The notes: generated by a model not told the origin, from the letters alone. A stretch of DNA of 64,000 nt from an uncultured Gammaproteobacteria bacterium (GCA_964510885.1 CAZEDL010000002.1:707-64706); one strand, 5' to 3'. Counted from the stretch's first letter, positions 1 to 9,296 are shown. A program made the numbers and translations.

Positions 1-206
1 CGATTAAGAAAAACGGGTAGTTTTTTGGTTTTTAATTGTGTTAAGAATCTCTTTTTAAACATAAAAATTCTCTTGCCCCAAAAGAGATTTGATGCACAAG
101 TAATCTTACACTATTTTCGTAAATTTTTACACTCTACTTATTGTTAATAACTTTTAACACTGCAGTGCCACCCATTATGCCAATTTTGGCCTTATTCAAG
201 CGATAT

Positions 207-235
207 TTGATTGATAATTAAAAATTAGTTAGTAT
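207..235 (+). promoter_or_regulatory. Putative sigma70-type promoter for tgt (TTGATT-17-TAGTAT); predicted transcript is nearly leaderless
   Basis: -35/-10 hexamers with 17-bp spacer about 15 nt upstream of the ATG at 251. Confidence 0.4.
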
Positions 236-250
236 CTGTGGTAGACACCT

Positions 251-1426
251 ATGACCCTTCCACTTTTTCAAGAACTTCACCAGAATGCCAATTGCCGAGC
301 CCGCACCGGGATTATTAGCACTGATCATGGTCAGATCCAGACTCCTATTTTCATGCCGGTCGGCACCCAGGGCACAGTAAAAAGCCTGGATCAGGCAGAC
401 CTGGCCGATATCCAGGCACAGATAATTCTCGGCAACACGTATCATTTGCATTTGAGGCCGGGCGAAGAGCTAATTGCCGCACAAGGAGGCTTGCACAAAT
501 TTATGAACTGGTCAGGACCGATACTTACCGATAGCGGCGGATTTCAGGTATTTAGCCTTGGCAAAAGCAAGCGAGCGGTTGCCGCCACTGAGCAGGCGAG
601 TCAAGGGCGCTTGGTGACTATCGATGAAGAAGGCGTGACATTTACATCGCATATTGATGGCTCTGAACATCGCTTTACCCCAGAAAGCTCCATTGATATT
701 CAACACAAATTGGGGGCCGATATCATTATGGCGTTTGATGAATGCACACCTGATGATGCTGCCTATGATTACACCACCGAAGCTATGGAACGTACGCACC
801 GCTGGGCGGAGCGGTCACTTGCAGCTCACCAAAAAAATACCTCGTACCATGGGTATCCCCAATTTTTATTTGGCATTGTTCAAGGCGCGACACACCGTGA
901 TTTACGCGAAAAATCAGCTCGCTTTATATCTTCATTACCATTTGATGGCGTGGCGATTGGAGGCGAATCGATTGGCTACAACATGAAAGCCACCGCCGAC
1001 ATTTTGGACTGGGTGCACCCGATTATCCCGGCTGACAAGCCGCGCTATGCTATGGGCGTCGGGCTTAATCCATCTGATTTATTAGTGGCTGTCGAGCACG
1101 GCATTGATATGTTTGACTGCGTAGCGCCCACACGGTTGGCCCGGCATGGCATGGTGTATATTAAAGACAAGGCCAATAAACACCGATTAAATATCAAGAA
1201 TGGTAAATTTAAAAACGATCTGTCCTCCATTGATCCAGATTGTGAATGTTCCACCTGCCGCACCTATAGCCGCAGCTATATTCATCACTTATTTGCTGCC
1301 GATGAATTGACGGGCTTGCGCTTGGCCAGCATTCATAACTTACATTTCCTGCTCAATTTAATGGCCAAAACACGGGATGCCATTAACGCCAACCGGTTTA
1401 TGGAATTAAAACTGGAATGGCTTTAG
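251..1426 (+). CDS. tgt: Queuine tRNA-ribosyltransferase
   Basis: 391 aa; the N-terminal stretch and overall length match bacterial Tgt. Confidence 0.9.
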   Translation: MTLPLFQELHQNANCRARTGIISTDHGQIQTPIFMPVGTQGTVKSLDQADLADIQAQIILGNTYHLHLRPGEELIAAQGGLHKFMNWSGPILTDSGGFQVFSLGKSKRAVAATEQASQGRLVTIDEEGVTFTSHIDGSEHRFTPESSIDIQHKLGADIIMAFDECTPDDAAYDYTTEAMERTHRWAERSLAAHQKNTSYHGYPQFLFGIVQGATHRDLREKSARFISSLPFDGVAIGGESIGYNMKATADILDWVHPIIPADKPRYAMGVGLNPSDLLVAVEHGIDMFDCVAPTRLARHGMVYIKDKANKHRLNIKNGKFKNDLSSIDPDCECSTCRTYSRSYIHHLFAADELTGLRLASIHNLHFLLNLMAKTRDAINANRFMELKLEWL

Positions 1427-1430
1427 CGCT

Positions 1431-1603
1431 GTCATCCTGATCCGCCCGAGGCGGAGAAGGATCCCTTAACGCTGACCCCATCGATGTTTTTGAATTTAAG
1501 GGATTCTTCGTTTCACTCAGAATGACAAGTTGATTGCGGTGTGGTGTGTGACTGGATTCCCGCCGGAGTTTACCCCCAGCGTAAGCGGGGGCGGGAATGA
1601 CAC
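1431..1603. repeat. Mosaic palindromic intergenic element, copy R1 (modules GTCATCCTGA..., AAGGGATTCTTCGTTTCACTCAGAATGACAAG, TGGATTCCCGCC...GGCGGGAATGACAC)
   Basis: Nested imperfect inverted repeats sharing modules with copies at 6867, 13483, 21731, 23656, 28644 and 52518. Confidence 0.75.
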
Positions 1604-1629
1604 GTTGTGAGACCAAGCCATCGTGAATA

Positions 1630-1658
1630 TTGACAAAAAACCGCTTTTCAAGTATATT
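1630..1658 (+). promoter_or_regulatory. Putative promoter for rplA (TTGACA-17-TATATT)
   Basis: Consensus -35 and near-consensus -10 with 17-bp spacing, about 65 nt upstream of the rplA ATG. Confidence 0.45.
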
Positions 1659-1723
1659 TTTCCTACTTATTCATGTGGGACCGGCCCCTTGCGGTTGGGT
1701 TAGCACCACGTAACACACAACGT

Positions 1724-2404
1724 ATGTCCAAACGGATGAAAGCCTTGGCGGCCAAAGTCGACAAGAACAAAGTCTACGGCTGGGATGAAGCCGTCAAATT
1801 GGTAAAAGAAACCAGCGGCGTTAAATTCGACGCAGCGGTGGAAATCCATGCCAACCTTGGCATCGACCCGAAAAAAGGTGAACAGCAAATTCGCGCTTCG
1901 GCCACCTTGCCACACGGCACCGGCCGCACCAAAAAAGTGGCAGCTTTTGTATCCGCTGACAAAGAAAAAGAAGCCAAAGAAGCTGGCGCTGACTTCATCT
2001 ATGGTGATGAAGAAATCAAAAAAATCAAAGATACTGGCAAGATTGAATTTGATGTTGCCGTTACGACTCCAGACATGATGCCTAAGCTGGCCGCGATTGC
2101 TAAAGTACTTGGTCCGAAAGGCTTAATGCCGAATCCAAAAACCGAAACGGTATCGCCGCAAATCAAGAAAATGGTGGAAGAGTTGAAAAAAGGTAAAATT
2201 ACCTTTAAAAATGATGATACCTCGAATGTGCACCAGTCGATTGGCAAGGTGAGCTTTTCTGAAGCACAGTTGAAAGAAAATTTGGCGGCCTTTGTAGATG
2301 TATTGAAGAAGGCAAAACCAGCTACGGCCAAAGGGACATATATCAAAAATTTGGTCATGGTCAGCAGCATGGGCCCAGCGATTCGCATTAGTACGGAAGG
2401 TTAA
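1724..2404 (+). CDS. rplA: 50S ribosomal protein L1
   Basis: MSKRMKALAAK... start and overall L1 length and composition; the ORF-track start at 1673 is an upstream extension. Confidence 0.9.
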   Translation: MSKRMKALAAKVDKNKVYGWDEAVKLVKETSGVKFDAAVEIHANLGIDPKKGEQQIRASATLPHGTGRTKKVAAFVSADKEKEAKEAGADFIYGDEEIKKIKDTGKIEFDVAVTTPDMMPKLAAIAKVLGPKGLMPNPKTETVSPQIKKMVEELKKGKITFKNDDTSNVHQSIGKVSFSEAQLKENLAAFVDVLKKAKPATAKGTYIKNLVMVSSMGPAIRISTEG

Positions 2405-2425
2405 ATAACTGCCTTACATTTATTA

Positions 2426-2456
2426 GAAACATCCGCTCGGATGTTTCTTTTTTTTG
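2426..2456 (+). terminator. Rho-independent terminator after rplA
   Basis: GAAACATCCG-CTC-CGGATGTTTC stem followed by T8. Confidence 0.7.
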
Positions 2457-2488
2457 CTTTAAATTAGCCAAAATAAAGCTAAAATGTC

Positions 2489-2517
2489 TTGACAAAACCG
2501 TTAAAATGTGCTATACT
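2489..2517 (+). promoter_or_regulatory. Conserved promoter module (TTGACA-17-TGCTATACT with extended -10) upstream of the GC-rich lipoprotein gene
   Basis: CTTGACAAAACCGTTAAAATGTGCTATACT; near-identical to the modules at 32212-32240(-) and 49776-49804(-). Confidence 0.6.
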
Positions 2518-2603
2518 TCTAAGTTCGGTTTTTCCGAACGATTCAATGCTCTTTGACAATTGATTGTGTGTTATAACCTACTTTTTGCCTTAGGTTAGCC
2601 ATT

Positions 2604-2653
2604 CTGAGCGAATTAGACGGTCTTTTCTGCTAAAGAAAGCCTAATTCGCTCAG
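2604..2653 (+). promoter_or_regulatory. 13-bp-stem hairpin in the 5' leader of the lipoprotein gene (CTGAGCGAATTAG...CTAATTCGCTCAG)
   Basis: Perfect 13-bp inverted repeat between the promoter and the RBS; the left arm resembles the GTCATTCTGAGCG module of the repeat family. Confidence 0.4.
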
Positions 2654-2686
2654 TAATGAACTCAACACTAACAAAGGAGGTTGCCA

Positions 2687-3904
2687 ATGGCGAACCTGAA
2701 CAAGCTCGTGATCCTGGCGTTATCTGCCCTCGTCTTTTGCGCCTGCGGCCAACCACCCTCTTCGGAGGAGCATCTGGCTGACCCGAGCGTTGACATGGGG
2801 CCCGCGTCTGACCTGAAGCCTGCCGATATGGCCGGCCCGAACCCTGACATGACGCCTCCCAAGGCGGACATGGGTGAGGTCGGTACGCGGGATCCGACCA
2901 AGCACCCCTTTGCTTCGAACCACCCGTTCAACACCTCAATCGGTAAGGGGGCAACATATAAGCCTGCTGGCCTCAAGCCGGCCAAGGAGATGGGCTACCT
3001 CTTGGCGGAGGAAGACATCATCGTGATGACCCCCACGGCACCCTCCACCAAGGTGCACCTGAACACGGCGGACTGGGTTCCTGGCGCTGACCGGTGTGAT
3101 ACGACTGGACCTGTCCTGTTCTCGGTTCCGATCCCGAAAGACTTCGTTGTTGCTGGTACCTGGCCGGACAACGTAACCCCCAACTCGTGCGTCTCCATAC
3201 TTAGCGCTGACGGACGGACAGTCATCCAGACTCAGCCGTTCGCGCGGTGCACAGCGGGCATGCCGGCCACTTCCCATTACCTGGTCGATCGTGTCGACCT
3301 GTATGGAACGAGTGCCACAGGCTGCCATGGCGGCAGCGGACTCAGCGGACTCGCTGGAACTCTGCGCATGGGCGAGATGATGCCTGGCAGTGGCCACGTG
3401 CGGCACGCCCTGAAGGTCGAGATGGACGGTAGTAACTACGCCGTCTGCCTCACCCCCGGGACCTGTTTCCGCTGGCCGGCTGTACAGGCTGATTGGGCTA
3501 GCGCCTCTTACACAGGCACGAACCCTGATCTCAAGCCCGGCGCCTTGCTTGCCCTACTCGCGACGCTCGACATCAAGAGCCTCGGCCTGAAGACTGGGGC
3601 TGCAAAAGAGTTGGCCTGGACCCTCCAGCACTACGGCGCCTACGTCATAGATAACACTGGCTGGGACATCTATGCCATCGCGGTGGAACGCGGCACGAGC
3701 AGCGAGTACAATGGACGTTATGTCGAGGAGTTCAAGGACAAGTGGGGATTCGACTTCGCTCCAGCGAACCCGAACAACAACTGGTCCAAGGACATCGCGA
3801 CGATCTTCGCCGCCCTTCAGGTCGTGACCAACAATAGTCCGACCTCGATCGGTGGCCCTGGTGATCGCCTCGACCTGCCCCTCCCCGCCCTCAAGCCCCT
3901 CTAG
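2687..3904 (+). CDS. GC-rich putative secreted lipoprotein, function unknown (possible horizontal acquisition)
   Basis: About 62% GC against about 46% background; AAAGGAGG Shine-Dalgarno 6 nt upstream of the ATG; signal peptide ending in LVFCAC(G). Confidence 0.6.
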   Translation: MANLNKLVILALSALVFCACGQPPSSEEHLADPSVDMGPASDLKPADMAGPNPDMTPPKADMGEVGTRDPTKHPFASNHPFNTSIGKGATYKPAGLKPAKEMGYLLAEEDIIVMTPTAPSTKVHLNTADWVPGADRCDTTGPVLFSVPIPKDFVVAGTWPDNVTPNSCVSILSADGRTVIQTQPFARCTAGMPATSHYLVDRVDLYGTSATGCHGGSGLSGLAGTLRMGEMMPGSGHVRHALKVEMDGSNYAVCLTPGTCFRWPAVQADWASASYTGTNPDLKPGALLALLATLDIKSLGLKTGAAKELAWTLQHYGAYVIDNTGWDIYAIAVERGTSSEYNGRYVEEFKDKWGFDFAPANPNNNWSKDIATIFAALQVVTNNSPTSIGGPGDRLDLPLPALKPL

Positions 3905-4021
3905 CGCCAAGCGTGCTGATTGGTCGCTTGCGGCCACACAACACACGATCAATCAGCGCGGCTGCCGCTTCATAGCAGCCACAATCCAAAGCCGTTCACA
4001 CCGTGGACTGCTGTGGAGTGT

Positions 4022-4054
4022 CAAATCCCCTAAAGAAAGGGGATTTTTTATTTG
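4022..4054 (+). terminator. Rho-independent terminator after the lipoprotein gene
   Basis: AATCCCC-TAAAGAAA-GGGGATT stem followed by a T-run. Confidence 0.7.
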
Positions 4055-4084
4055 GCTGAATCGTAACGACCTAAACCTTGGCAA

Positions 4085-4113
4085 CCCCCGGGTCTTTTGC
4101 TAGAATCAGCTTA
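4085..4113 (+). promoter_or_regulatory. Promoter TTGGCA-17-TGCTAGAAT upstream of the dCMP deaminase gene
   Basis: -35, 17-bp spacer and extended -10 (TTTTGCTAGAAT). Confidence 0.5.
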
Positions 4114-4142
4114 GTTAATTAGCCTTCTTTTTTAGAATTTTT

Positions 4143-4613
4143 ATGACCGAACCGCGCGCCACTTATATCTCGTGGGATGAATGTTTTATGCGCATGGCAC
4201 ATGTGATTGCCGAGCGCAGCAAAGACCCGTCGACCCAAGCTGGCTCGTTAATTGCGACGCCAGATAATGTGGTGGTAGGGCTTGGATATAATGGCTTTCC
4301 CCGCGGGATTAGCAATGATGATTTACCCTGGGAGCGCACAGGCGGATTTCTCGACACCAAATATGCGTATGTCTGCCATGCCGAAGAGAATGCCGTGTAC
4401 AATGCCAACACTCAAACCAAAGGCTGCAAATTATACTGCACGCTATTCCCCTGCAACGAATGCGCCAAAACTATTATTCAAAATGGGATTACTGAAGTAA
4501 TTTTTGAGAGTGATAAATATCACGATGTAGAAGCATTTGTTGCGGCGCGACGCTTATTTGATCGAGCTGGAATTACCTATCGACAGTATTTGTCGGACTT
4601 AGCAAGCGAGTGA
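4143..4613 (+). CDS. dCMP deaminase (deoxycytidylate deaminase, ComEB family)
   Basis: VCHAEENA ... PCNECAK zinc-binding cytidine/dCMP deaminase motifs. Confidence 0.85.
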   Translation: MTEPRATYISWDECFMRMAHVIAERSKDPSTQAGSLIATPDNVVVGLGYNGFPRGISNDDLPWERTGGFLDTKYAYVCHAEENAVYNANTQTKGCKLYCTLFPCNECAKTIIQNGITEVIFESDKYHDVEAFVAARRLFDRAGITYRQYLSDLASE

Positions 4614-4662
4614 AACTTGGAAGGCTAGGAACACTGGGGAAGCGTGTAAATATATTACTCCC

Positions 4663-4700
4663 AAGCCTTCTCAGGCTTTCAAGCTTCCCAAGGCTATCAA
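4663..4700. repeat. Degenerate CAAGC/CTTC-type short repeat block (CAAGCCTTCTCAGGCTTTCAAGCTTCCCAAGGC)
   Basis: Related copy at 5289-5325; together they flank the kinase gene. Confidence 0.5.
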
Positions 4701-4706
4701 AATTAT

Positions 4707-5264
4707 ATGCAAAAAAAATTAATCCTCGGCATTGTTGGCGAAATTGCCGTTGGCAAAACCACCGTCACGGATTATATGCGCGATAAATATGGAGCAGTAT
4801 CGTTTCGGTTTTCGGATATGCTCCGGGATGTTACGAGGCGGCTTCATATCGAACCGACCCGAGGTAATTTGCAAATACTATCAACGGTGCTCCGCCATAA
4901 TTTTGGCGAAGATATTATGAGCCGCGTCCTGGCAGCAGATGCGGCCGAATCGACGCATGAATTTATTATCACCGAGGGAGTACGCCGACCGAGCGATGTT
5001 GAACATTTAAAAAATTTGCCTGGTTTTAAAATTTTAGCGCTGGCAGCCGATCCGCGCACTCGCTATGAACGCCTTACAAAGCGCAGTGAAAATCCGGATG
5101 ACCGTAATAAAACCTGGGAACAATTTGTAGCTGATGGCGCCCAAGAATCAGAGCAGAAAATCAAAGATATTATGGCGGAAGCGGATGTGACTATTGTGAA
5201 CGAAGGAACGACCGAAGAATTGTTTAAGAAGGTTGATACTGTTGTTAAAAGCTGGGGAGGCTAG
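4707..5264 (+). CDS. P-loop nucleotide/nucleoside kinase family protein (CoaE or dNMP-kinase-like)
   Basis: Walker A motif GEIAVGKTT near the N-terminus; 185 aa; sits within the thymidylate metabolism cluster. Confidence 0.5.
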   Translation: MQKKLILGIVGEIAVGKTTVTDYMRDKYGAVSFRFSDMLRDVTRRLHIEPTRGNLQILSTVLRHNFGEDIMSRVLAADAAESTHEFIITEGVRRPSDVEHLKNLPGFKILALAADPRTRYERLTKRSENPDDRNKTWEQFVADGAQESEQKIKDIMAEADVTIVNEGTTEELFKKVDTVVKSWGG

Positions 5265-5288
5265 GTAGGCTTAGGGCCACCCTTTATC

Positions 5289-5325
5289 CAAGCTTCCCAA
5301 GCGTTCCAGGCTTCCCTAGCCTTCT
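5289..5325. repeat. Second copy of the CAAGCTTCCCAAG-type short repeat block
   Basis: CCAAGCTTCCCAAGCGTTCCAGGCTTCCCTAGCCTTC; similar to 4663-4700. Confidence 0.5.
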
Positions 5326-5331
5326 ACACCT

Positions 5332-5751
5332 ATGCAAATAAAAATAAAAAAACTCAACCCTGATGCCGTTATCCCAAACTACATCCACGAAGGCGATGCT
5401 GGTTTGAATGTGTACACCATGGAAGAAGGTATTATCGGGCCGGGGCAGCGCTGGCTGTTTCCATTAGGGTTCGCTATGGAATTCCCAAGCGGCTACGTGG
5501 CGCTGATGAAAGATCGGAGCAGCATGGCCAAAAATGGGCTGCATTGCCTAGGCGGGGTGTTTGATGCCGGGTATCGAGGCGAATATAATGTCTTACTGGT
5601 TAACTTGAGCGATCAGCCCTATCATGTGCAGCGGGGCGATAAAATTGCACAGCTGGTAGTTCAGCCGGTGACGATAGCGGAGATCGTGGAAACGACTGAA
5701 TTGTCGGACAGCGCTCGTGGCACCGGCGGATTTGGCAGTACCGGGAAATAG
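5332..5751 (+). CDS. dut: dUTP diphosphatase
   Basis: 139 aa; dUTPase motifs (GYRGE..., RGxGGFGSTG at the C-terminus). Confidence 0.9.
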   Translation: MQIKIKKLNPDAVIPNYIHEGDAGLNVYTMEEGIIGPGQRWLFPLGFAMEFPSGYVALMKDRSSMAKNGLHCLGGVFDAGYRGEYNVLLVNLSDQPYHVQRGDKIAQLVVQPVTIAEIVETTELSDSARGTGGFGSTGK

Positions 5752-5763
5752 TCTTACTTTAAT

Positions 5764-5946
5764 TTGCTTAACAATTTTTATATGGAACGACAGTCTGAAG
5801 CGCCTAAATTAAAATTACCCGGGGTCGATATCGACGCTATACGCGCACGGGAATTAGCAAAATTACCAGAAATTGACCCCCATGATGTAATTGAAGAAGA
5901 AATCCCAGAAATTGATCCCGATGATATAACTGAAGATAGTGATTAA
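5764..5946 (+). CDS. Small acidic hypothetical protein (60 aa) between dut and thyA
   Basis: ORF only; tightly packed in an operon context; highly acidic C-terminus (EIDPDDITEDSD). Confidence 0.3.
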   Translation: MLNNFYMERQSEAPKLKLPGVDIDAIRARELAKLPEIDPHDVIEEEIPEIDPDDITEDSD

Positions 5947-5954
5947 ATTTTTAA

Positions 5955-6833
5955 ATGTATATGCAGGCATACCTCGATATTGTCCGCACAATTCTTGAAA
6001 TCGGCAAACCCAAAACTGACCGCACCGGCACAGGCACAATTGCGGTGCCAGGCATGATGTTTCAGCACGATATGGCCGATGGGTTTCCGCTTCTCACTAC
6101 CAAAAAAATGCCGTTCCGACTGATCGCGAGCGAGTTAGAATTTTTTATTAAAGGCATTACCGACAAACAGTGGCTGCTCGACCGCAACAACCATATTTGG
6201 GATGAATGGGCGAGCCCGCTCAAGGCTCCGTATGGGCATGATGAAGTGAGTAAGAAACGAATGCTGGACGAGCGAGATCTTGGCCCGGTGTATGGATTTC
6301 AGTGGCGCCATTTCGGCGCCCCCTATCAGAGCTTTGATACTGATTATACGGGCCAGGGAATAGACCAGTTGAAACGCGTGGTCGAGACGCTCAAAACGAA
6401 CCCGAGTGACCGGCGCATGATTGTTAACTCGTGGAATGCTGCCGTGCTTAATCAAATGGCATTGCCTCCCTGCCATTACTCGTGGCAGGTGACGGTGGTT
6501 GACGGACGACTTAACTTGTTATGGAACCAACGATCGGTAGACACCATGCTCGGCCTGCCGTTCAACATTGCAAGCTACGCACTACTCCTGCATTTACTGA
6601 CCAAAGAGACTGGACTTACAGAAGGAGTCTTGACCGGATTTTTGGCCGACGTGCACATCTACACAAACCATGTTACTGGCGCCAAGGAACAGTTGGCTCG
6701 CGATCCGAACACCTACTCACTACCACAGATAGCTACCGAAAAATTCACCTCGATTTTTGATTGGGTGTACGAAGATACCGCGCTCTTGAATTACCAGAGT
6801 CATCCCAAGATTAGTTTTGAAATAGCGGTATAA
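5955..6833 (+). CDS. thyA: Thymidylate synthase (ThyA type)
   Basis: Conserved ThyA motifs including ...LPPCH... and the dUMP-binding region. Confidence 0.9.
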   Translation: MYMQAYLDIVRTILEIGKPKTDRTGTGTIAVPGMMFQHDMADGFPLLTTKKMPFRLIASELEFFIKGITDKQWLLDRNNHIWDEWASPLKAPYGHDEVSKKRMLDERDLGPVYGFQWRHFGAPYQSFDTDYTGQGIDQLKRVVETLKTNPSDRRMIVNSWNAAVLNQMALPPCHYSWQVTVVDGRLNLLWNQRSVDTMLGLPFNIASYALLLHLLTKETGLTEGVLTGFLADVHIYTNHVTGAKEQLARDPNTYSLPQIATEKFTSIFDWVYEDTALLNYQSHPKISFEIAV

Positions 6834-6866
6834 ACACGTAACACTTATCGAGTTTGGTGAAAAACT

Positions 6867-6956
6867 GTCATTCTGAGTGGAACGAAGAATCCCTTAACGC
6901 TAACTTCAGCAGTGAGTTTAACTTTAAGGGGTCCTTCGCTACGATCAGGATGACAG
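6867..6956. repeat. Mosaic palindromic element, copy R2 (GTCATTCTGAGTGGAACGAAGAATCCCTT ... AAGGGGTCCTTCGCTACGATCAGGATGACAG)
   Basis: Imperfect 29-bp inverted repeat arms around a 30-nt loop. Confidence 0.75.
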
Positions 6957-7015
6957 GTGGGGGGTTAATTATTCACTGAGCTCAACACCTATCATTTTTT
7001 TACGTGATACGTGAA

Positions 7016-7496
7016 TATGTCTCTCTCACTCATCGCCGCCGTCTCTAAAAATAACTGCATCGGTAAAAACGGAAAATTGCCTTGGCACTTGCCGGAGGAT
7101 CTTTTACATTTCAAAAAACTGACTACGGGCAAGATAGTTCTCATGGGGCGCAAAACCTGGGAATCATTACCGGAACAATTTCGACCGTTGCCGAATCGCA
7201 AGAATATTGTGGTTACTCGCCAAACCGATTTTAAGGTACCGGCGGGGGTTGAATTTTTTTCTGAAATTAAAGAGGTGTTGGAAAAATATGGAAACAGTGA
7301 AATAATGGTGATTGGAGGCGCTGAAATTTATCTGCAGACGATTGATCTGGCAGACAATCTCTATATCACACAGGTCCACCAAACCGTAGATGGCGATGCG
7401 TTTTTTCCAAATATTGATCCGGCAGTCTGGAAAGAAATTGAACGCGTTGATGAATTTGGACTAAGCTTTGTTACTTACAAAAGGATACCCTCTTAA
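7016..7496 (+). CDS. folA: Dihydrofolate reductase
   Basis: MSLSLIAAVSKNNCIGKNGKLPWHLPEDL...GRKTWESLP...VIGGAEIY, the DHFR signature. Confidence 0.85.
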
Positions 7497-7573
7497 TAAC
7501 TTACCGATATCTTGTGAACCTCTCTCGCCAAGATATAAAAGGAAATTAAAAGGATAGTGGGAAGATATCACCT

Positions 7574-8281
7574 ATGTTTATCATGGTCGACGGGATAGAT
7601 GGCAGCGGCAAAAGCACCGTGGTTGAGACGTGGAAAGAACATTTGATTGCCGAAGGGAATCCGGTATTTGATTTAAAAAAATACTGGAGGGAAACCGGTA
7701 CCTCGCCTAGCCTATCGGAATTAAAAAATTACGATTTTATTATCAGCGGCGAACCAACCTATGTGGGGGTGGGGGCTGTTATTCGCCAAGAATTAATTAG
7801 ACAAGGTACCAGCTATAGTGCCCGATCGATTGCCGAGGCTTATGCGCTCGACCGCTTGGTGTTGTACCACACCCTACTTATTCCACTACTGCAAGAGGGA
7901 AAAATTATTATCCAAGATCGGGGGGTGAGCACGTCGTTTGCCTACCAGCCAGTCACCGATCCCGCTATTACCCCTAGCTACTTAGAGAGCCTCGAGGGCA
8001 ACCGGGTGGCGCTCGAACACCGACCGGATTATTTGGTACTCATAAACACTCCGGCTAGCGTGGCTATGGAACGGCTGCAGTCACGCACTGACAAACAAGA
8101 TAACGTCATTTTTGAACAGCGTGCACTTCAGGAAAAATTGGCCAACCGGTTTGGGAGTTCGGACTATCAAAACTTCTTTAGTTGCCACGGGACTGTGATC
8201 AAAGAGTTGCCGGGCCACACTAATATTGATATACTACAAGCAGATTCTATTGCCTTATTAACATCGTTACTTAAGTTTTAA
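7574..8281 (+). CDS. tmk: Thymidylate kinase (dTMP kinase)-like
   Basis: P-loop GIDGSGKST at the N-terminus; placed in the thymidylate cluster. Confidence 0.75.
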   Translation: MFIMVDGIDGSGKSTVVETWKEHLIAEGNPVFDLKKYWRETGTSPSLSELKNYDFIISGEPTYVGVGAVIRQELIRQGTSYSARSIAEAYALDRLVLYHTLLIPLLQEGKIIIQDRGVSTSFAYQPVTDPAITPSYLESLEGNRVALEHRPDYLVLINTPASVAMERLQSRTDKQDNVIFEQRALQEKLANRFGSSDYQNFFSCHGTVIKELPGHTNIDILQADSIALLTSLLKF

Positions 8282-8294
8282 TCTAGATTTTATT

Positions 8295-9098
8295 ATGCTG
8301 TCGCCAGCCCCGTTTTTTATCAGCCAGAGCTGGAACTTATACCGACGGAACTTCACCGGTTTGCGCCCGTATATGCTTCTATTATTCATCCCGGCCCTTA
8401 TTATGTCGCTCAGCGGAGCTATTGGCGTCGTGTTAAGCGCGTTATTGCCATTCTCTGAGGCTGCAGTTACTGTTGTACTAGCCTTGTTATCCCTGGCATC
8501 TTGGATTTTTAGCATGTTGACAAGCCTCGCCCTGATGATCGCCCAGAAACATATGGTTGAAGCTGGCACAGTTACCCCTTGGAAAGATGCCTACCACCAG
8601 GCTTGGCCGTTTTTACTGCCTGTAATTTGGGTATCAATTTTAGTTGGATTGATCGTACTCGCCGGTTTATTATTACTACTTGTACCAGCCGTTATTTTTA
8701 GCTTCTGGTATGTCTTTAGCGTCTATGAAACCCTGTTTTCTGGCCAACGCGGCTATGCAGCACTCAAAGCCAGCAAAGCACTCGTCAGCGGGCGGTGGGC
8801 AGCTATTGCCTGGCGCGTGATCGCTCCGGGAGCGGTGTTTGCTCTTGTTATGGGGTTAGTCACGTTCTTAGTCACTTTACCATTTGGCATCATGTCACCA
8901 GCTTCATATGGGCTTGGTATTGATCTAGCCACTGGACCAAGTTTATCAACGGTTGGACTTGAAATTGGACATAGCCTATTATCATCCTTAGTGACTGCCG
9001 TTCTTTCGCCGCTGGCCAGTCTTCCCCTGCTACTCCTTTATCTTGAAGCCAAAAAAACTCCGGTAGAAATGGTACCAACTCCGGTCATTCCTTCCTAG
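8295..9098 (+). CDS. Polytopic membrane protein, function unknown
   Basis: Multiple hydrophobic segments; no recognisable motif. Confidence 0.45.
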   Translation: MLSPAPFFISQSWNLYRRNFTGLRPYMLLLFIPALIMSLSGAIGVVLSALLPFSEAAVTVVLALLSLASWIFSMLTSLALMIAQKHMVEAGTVTPWKDAYHQAWPFLLPVIWVSILVGLIVLAGLLLLLVPAVIFSFWYVFSVYETLFSGQRGYAALKASKALVSGRWAAIAWRVIAPGAVFALVMGLVTFLVTLPFGIMSPASYGLGIDLATGPSLSTVGLEIGHSLLSSLVTAVLSPLASLPLLLLYLEAKKTPVEMVPTPVIPS

Positions 9099-9107
9099 AT
9101 AATTAAT

Positions 9108-9137
9108 AAAACGCTCTCGCCTCGGGAGCGTTTTTTA
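9108..9137 (+). terminator. Rho-independent terminator
   Basis: AAAACGCTC-TCGCCTCGG-GAGCGTTTTTT. Confidence 0.7.
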
Positions 9138-9296
9138 GTTGTCAAAAATGAGGTAAAATGATAGGCTTCCACCGATAATTTACCACGGCTTTTGTTAAAA
9201 ACATTCACAAACAATGTAGCACTATAGCAATTTTTTATTGGTATACTGCTAAATTGTTACATTGTTAGACGATTGAATCGAAGCAACCAACTAAAT

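Noticed and set aside
1661-1723. Possible L1 autoregulatory mRNA structure (23S rRNA mimic) in the rplA 5'UTR
   Set aside because: I found only a GAGACC or GGGACC fragment and could not reconstruct the conserved L1-binding helix. This needs an Rfam scan.
1673-1723. Upstream extensions in the ORF track: rplA from 1673, gatB from 9273, pyrE from 19466, the first 15 residues of ruvA, the first 31 of Memo-CapA, the first 33 of VanX-like, and the first 23 of speA
   Set aside because: The extensions run through promoters, terminators or repeats. The conserved N-termini and the SD or terminator positions support the shorter starts given in the features.
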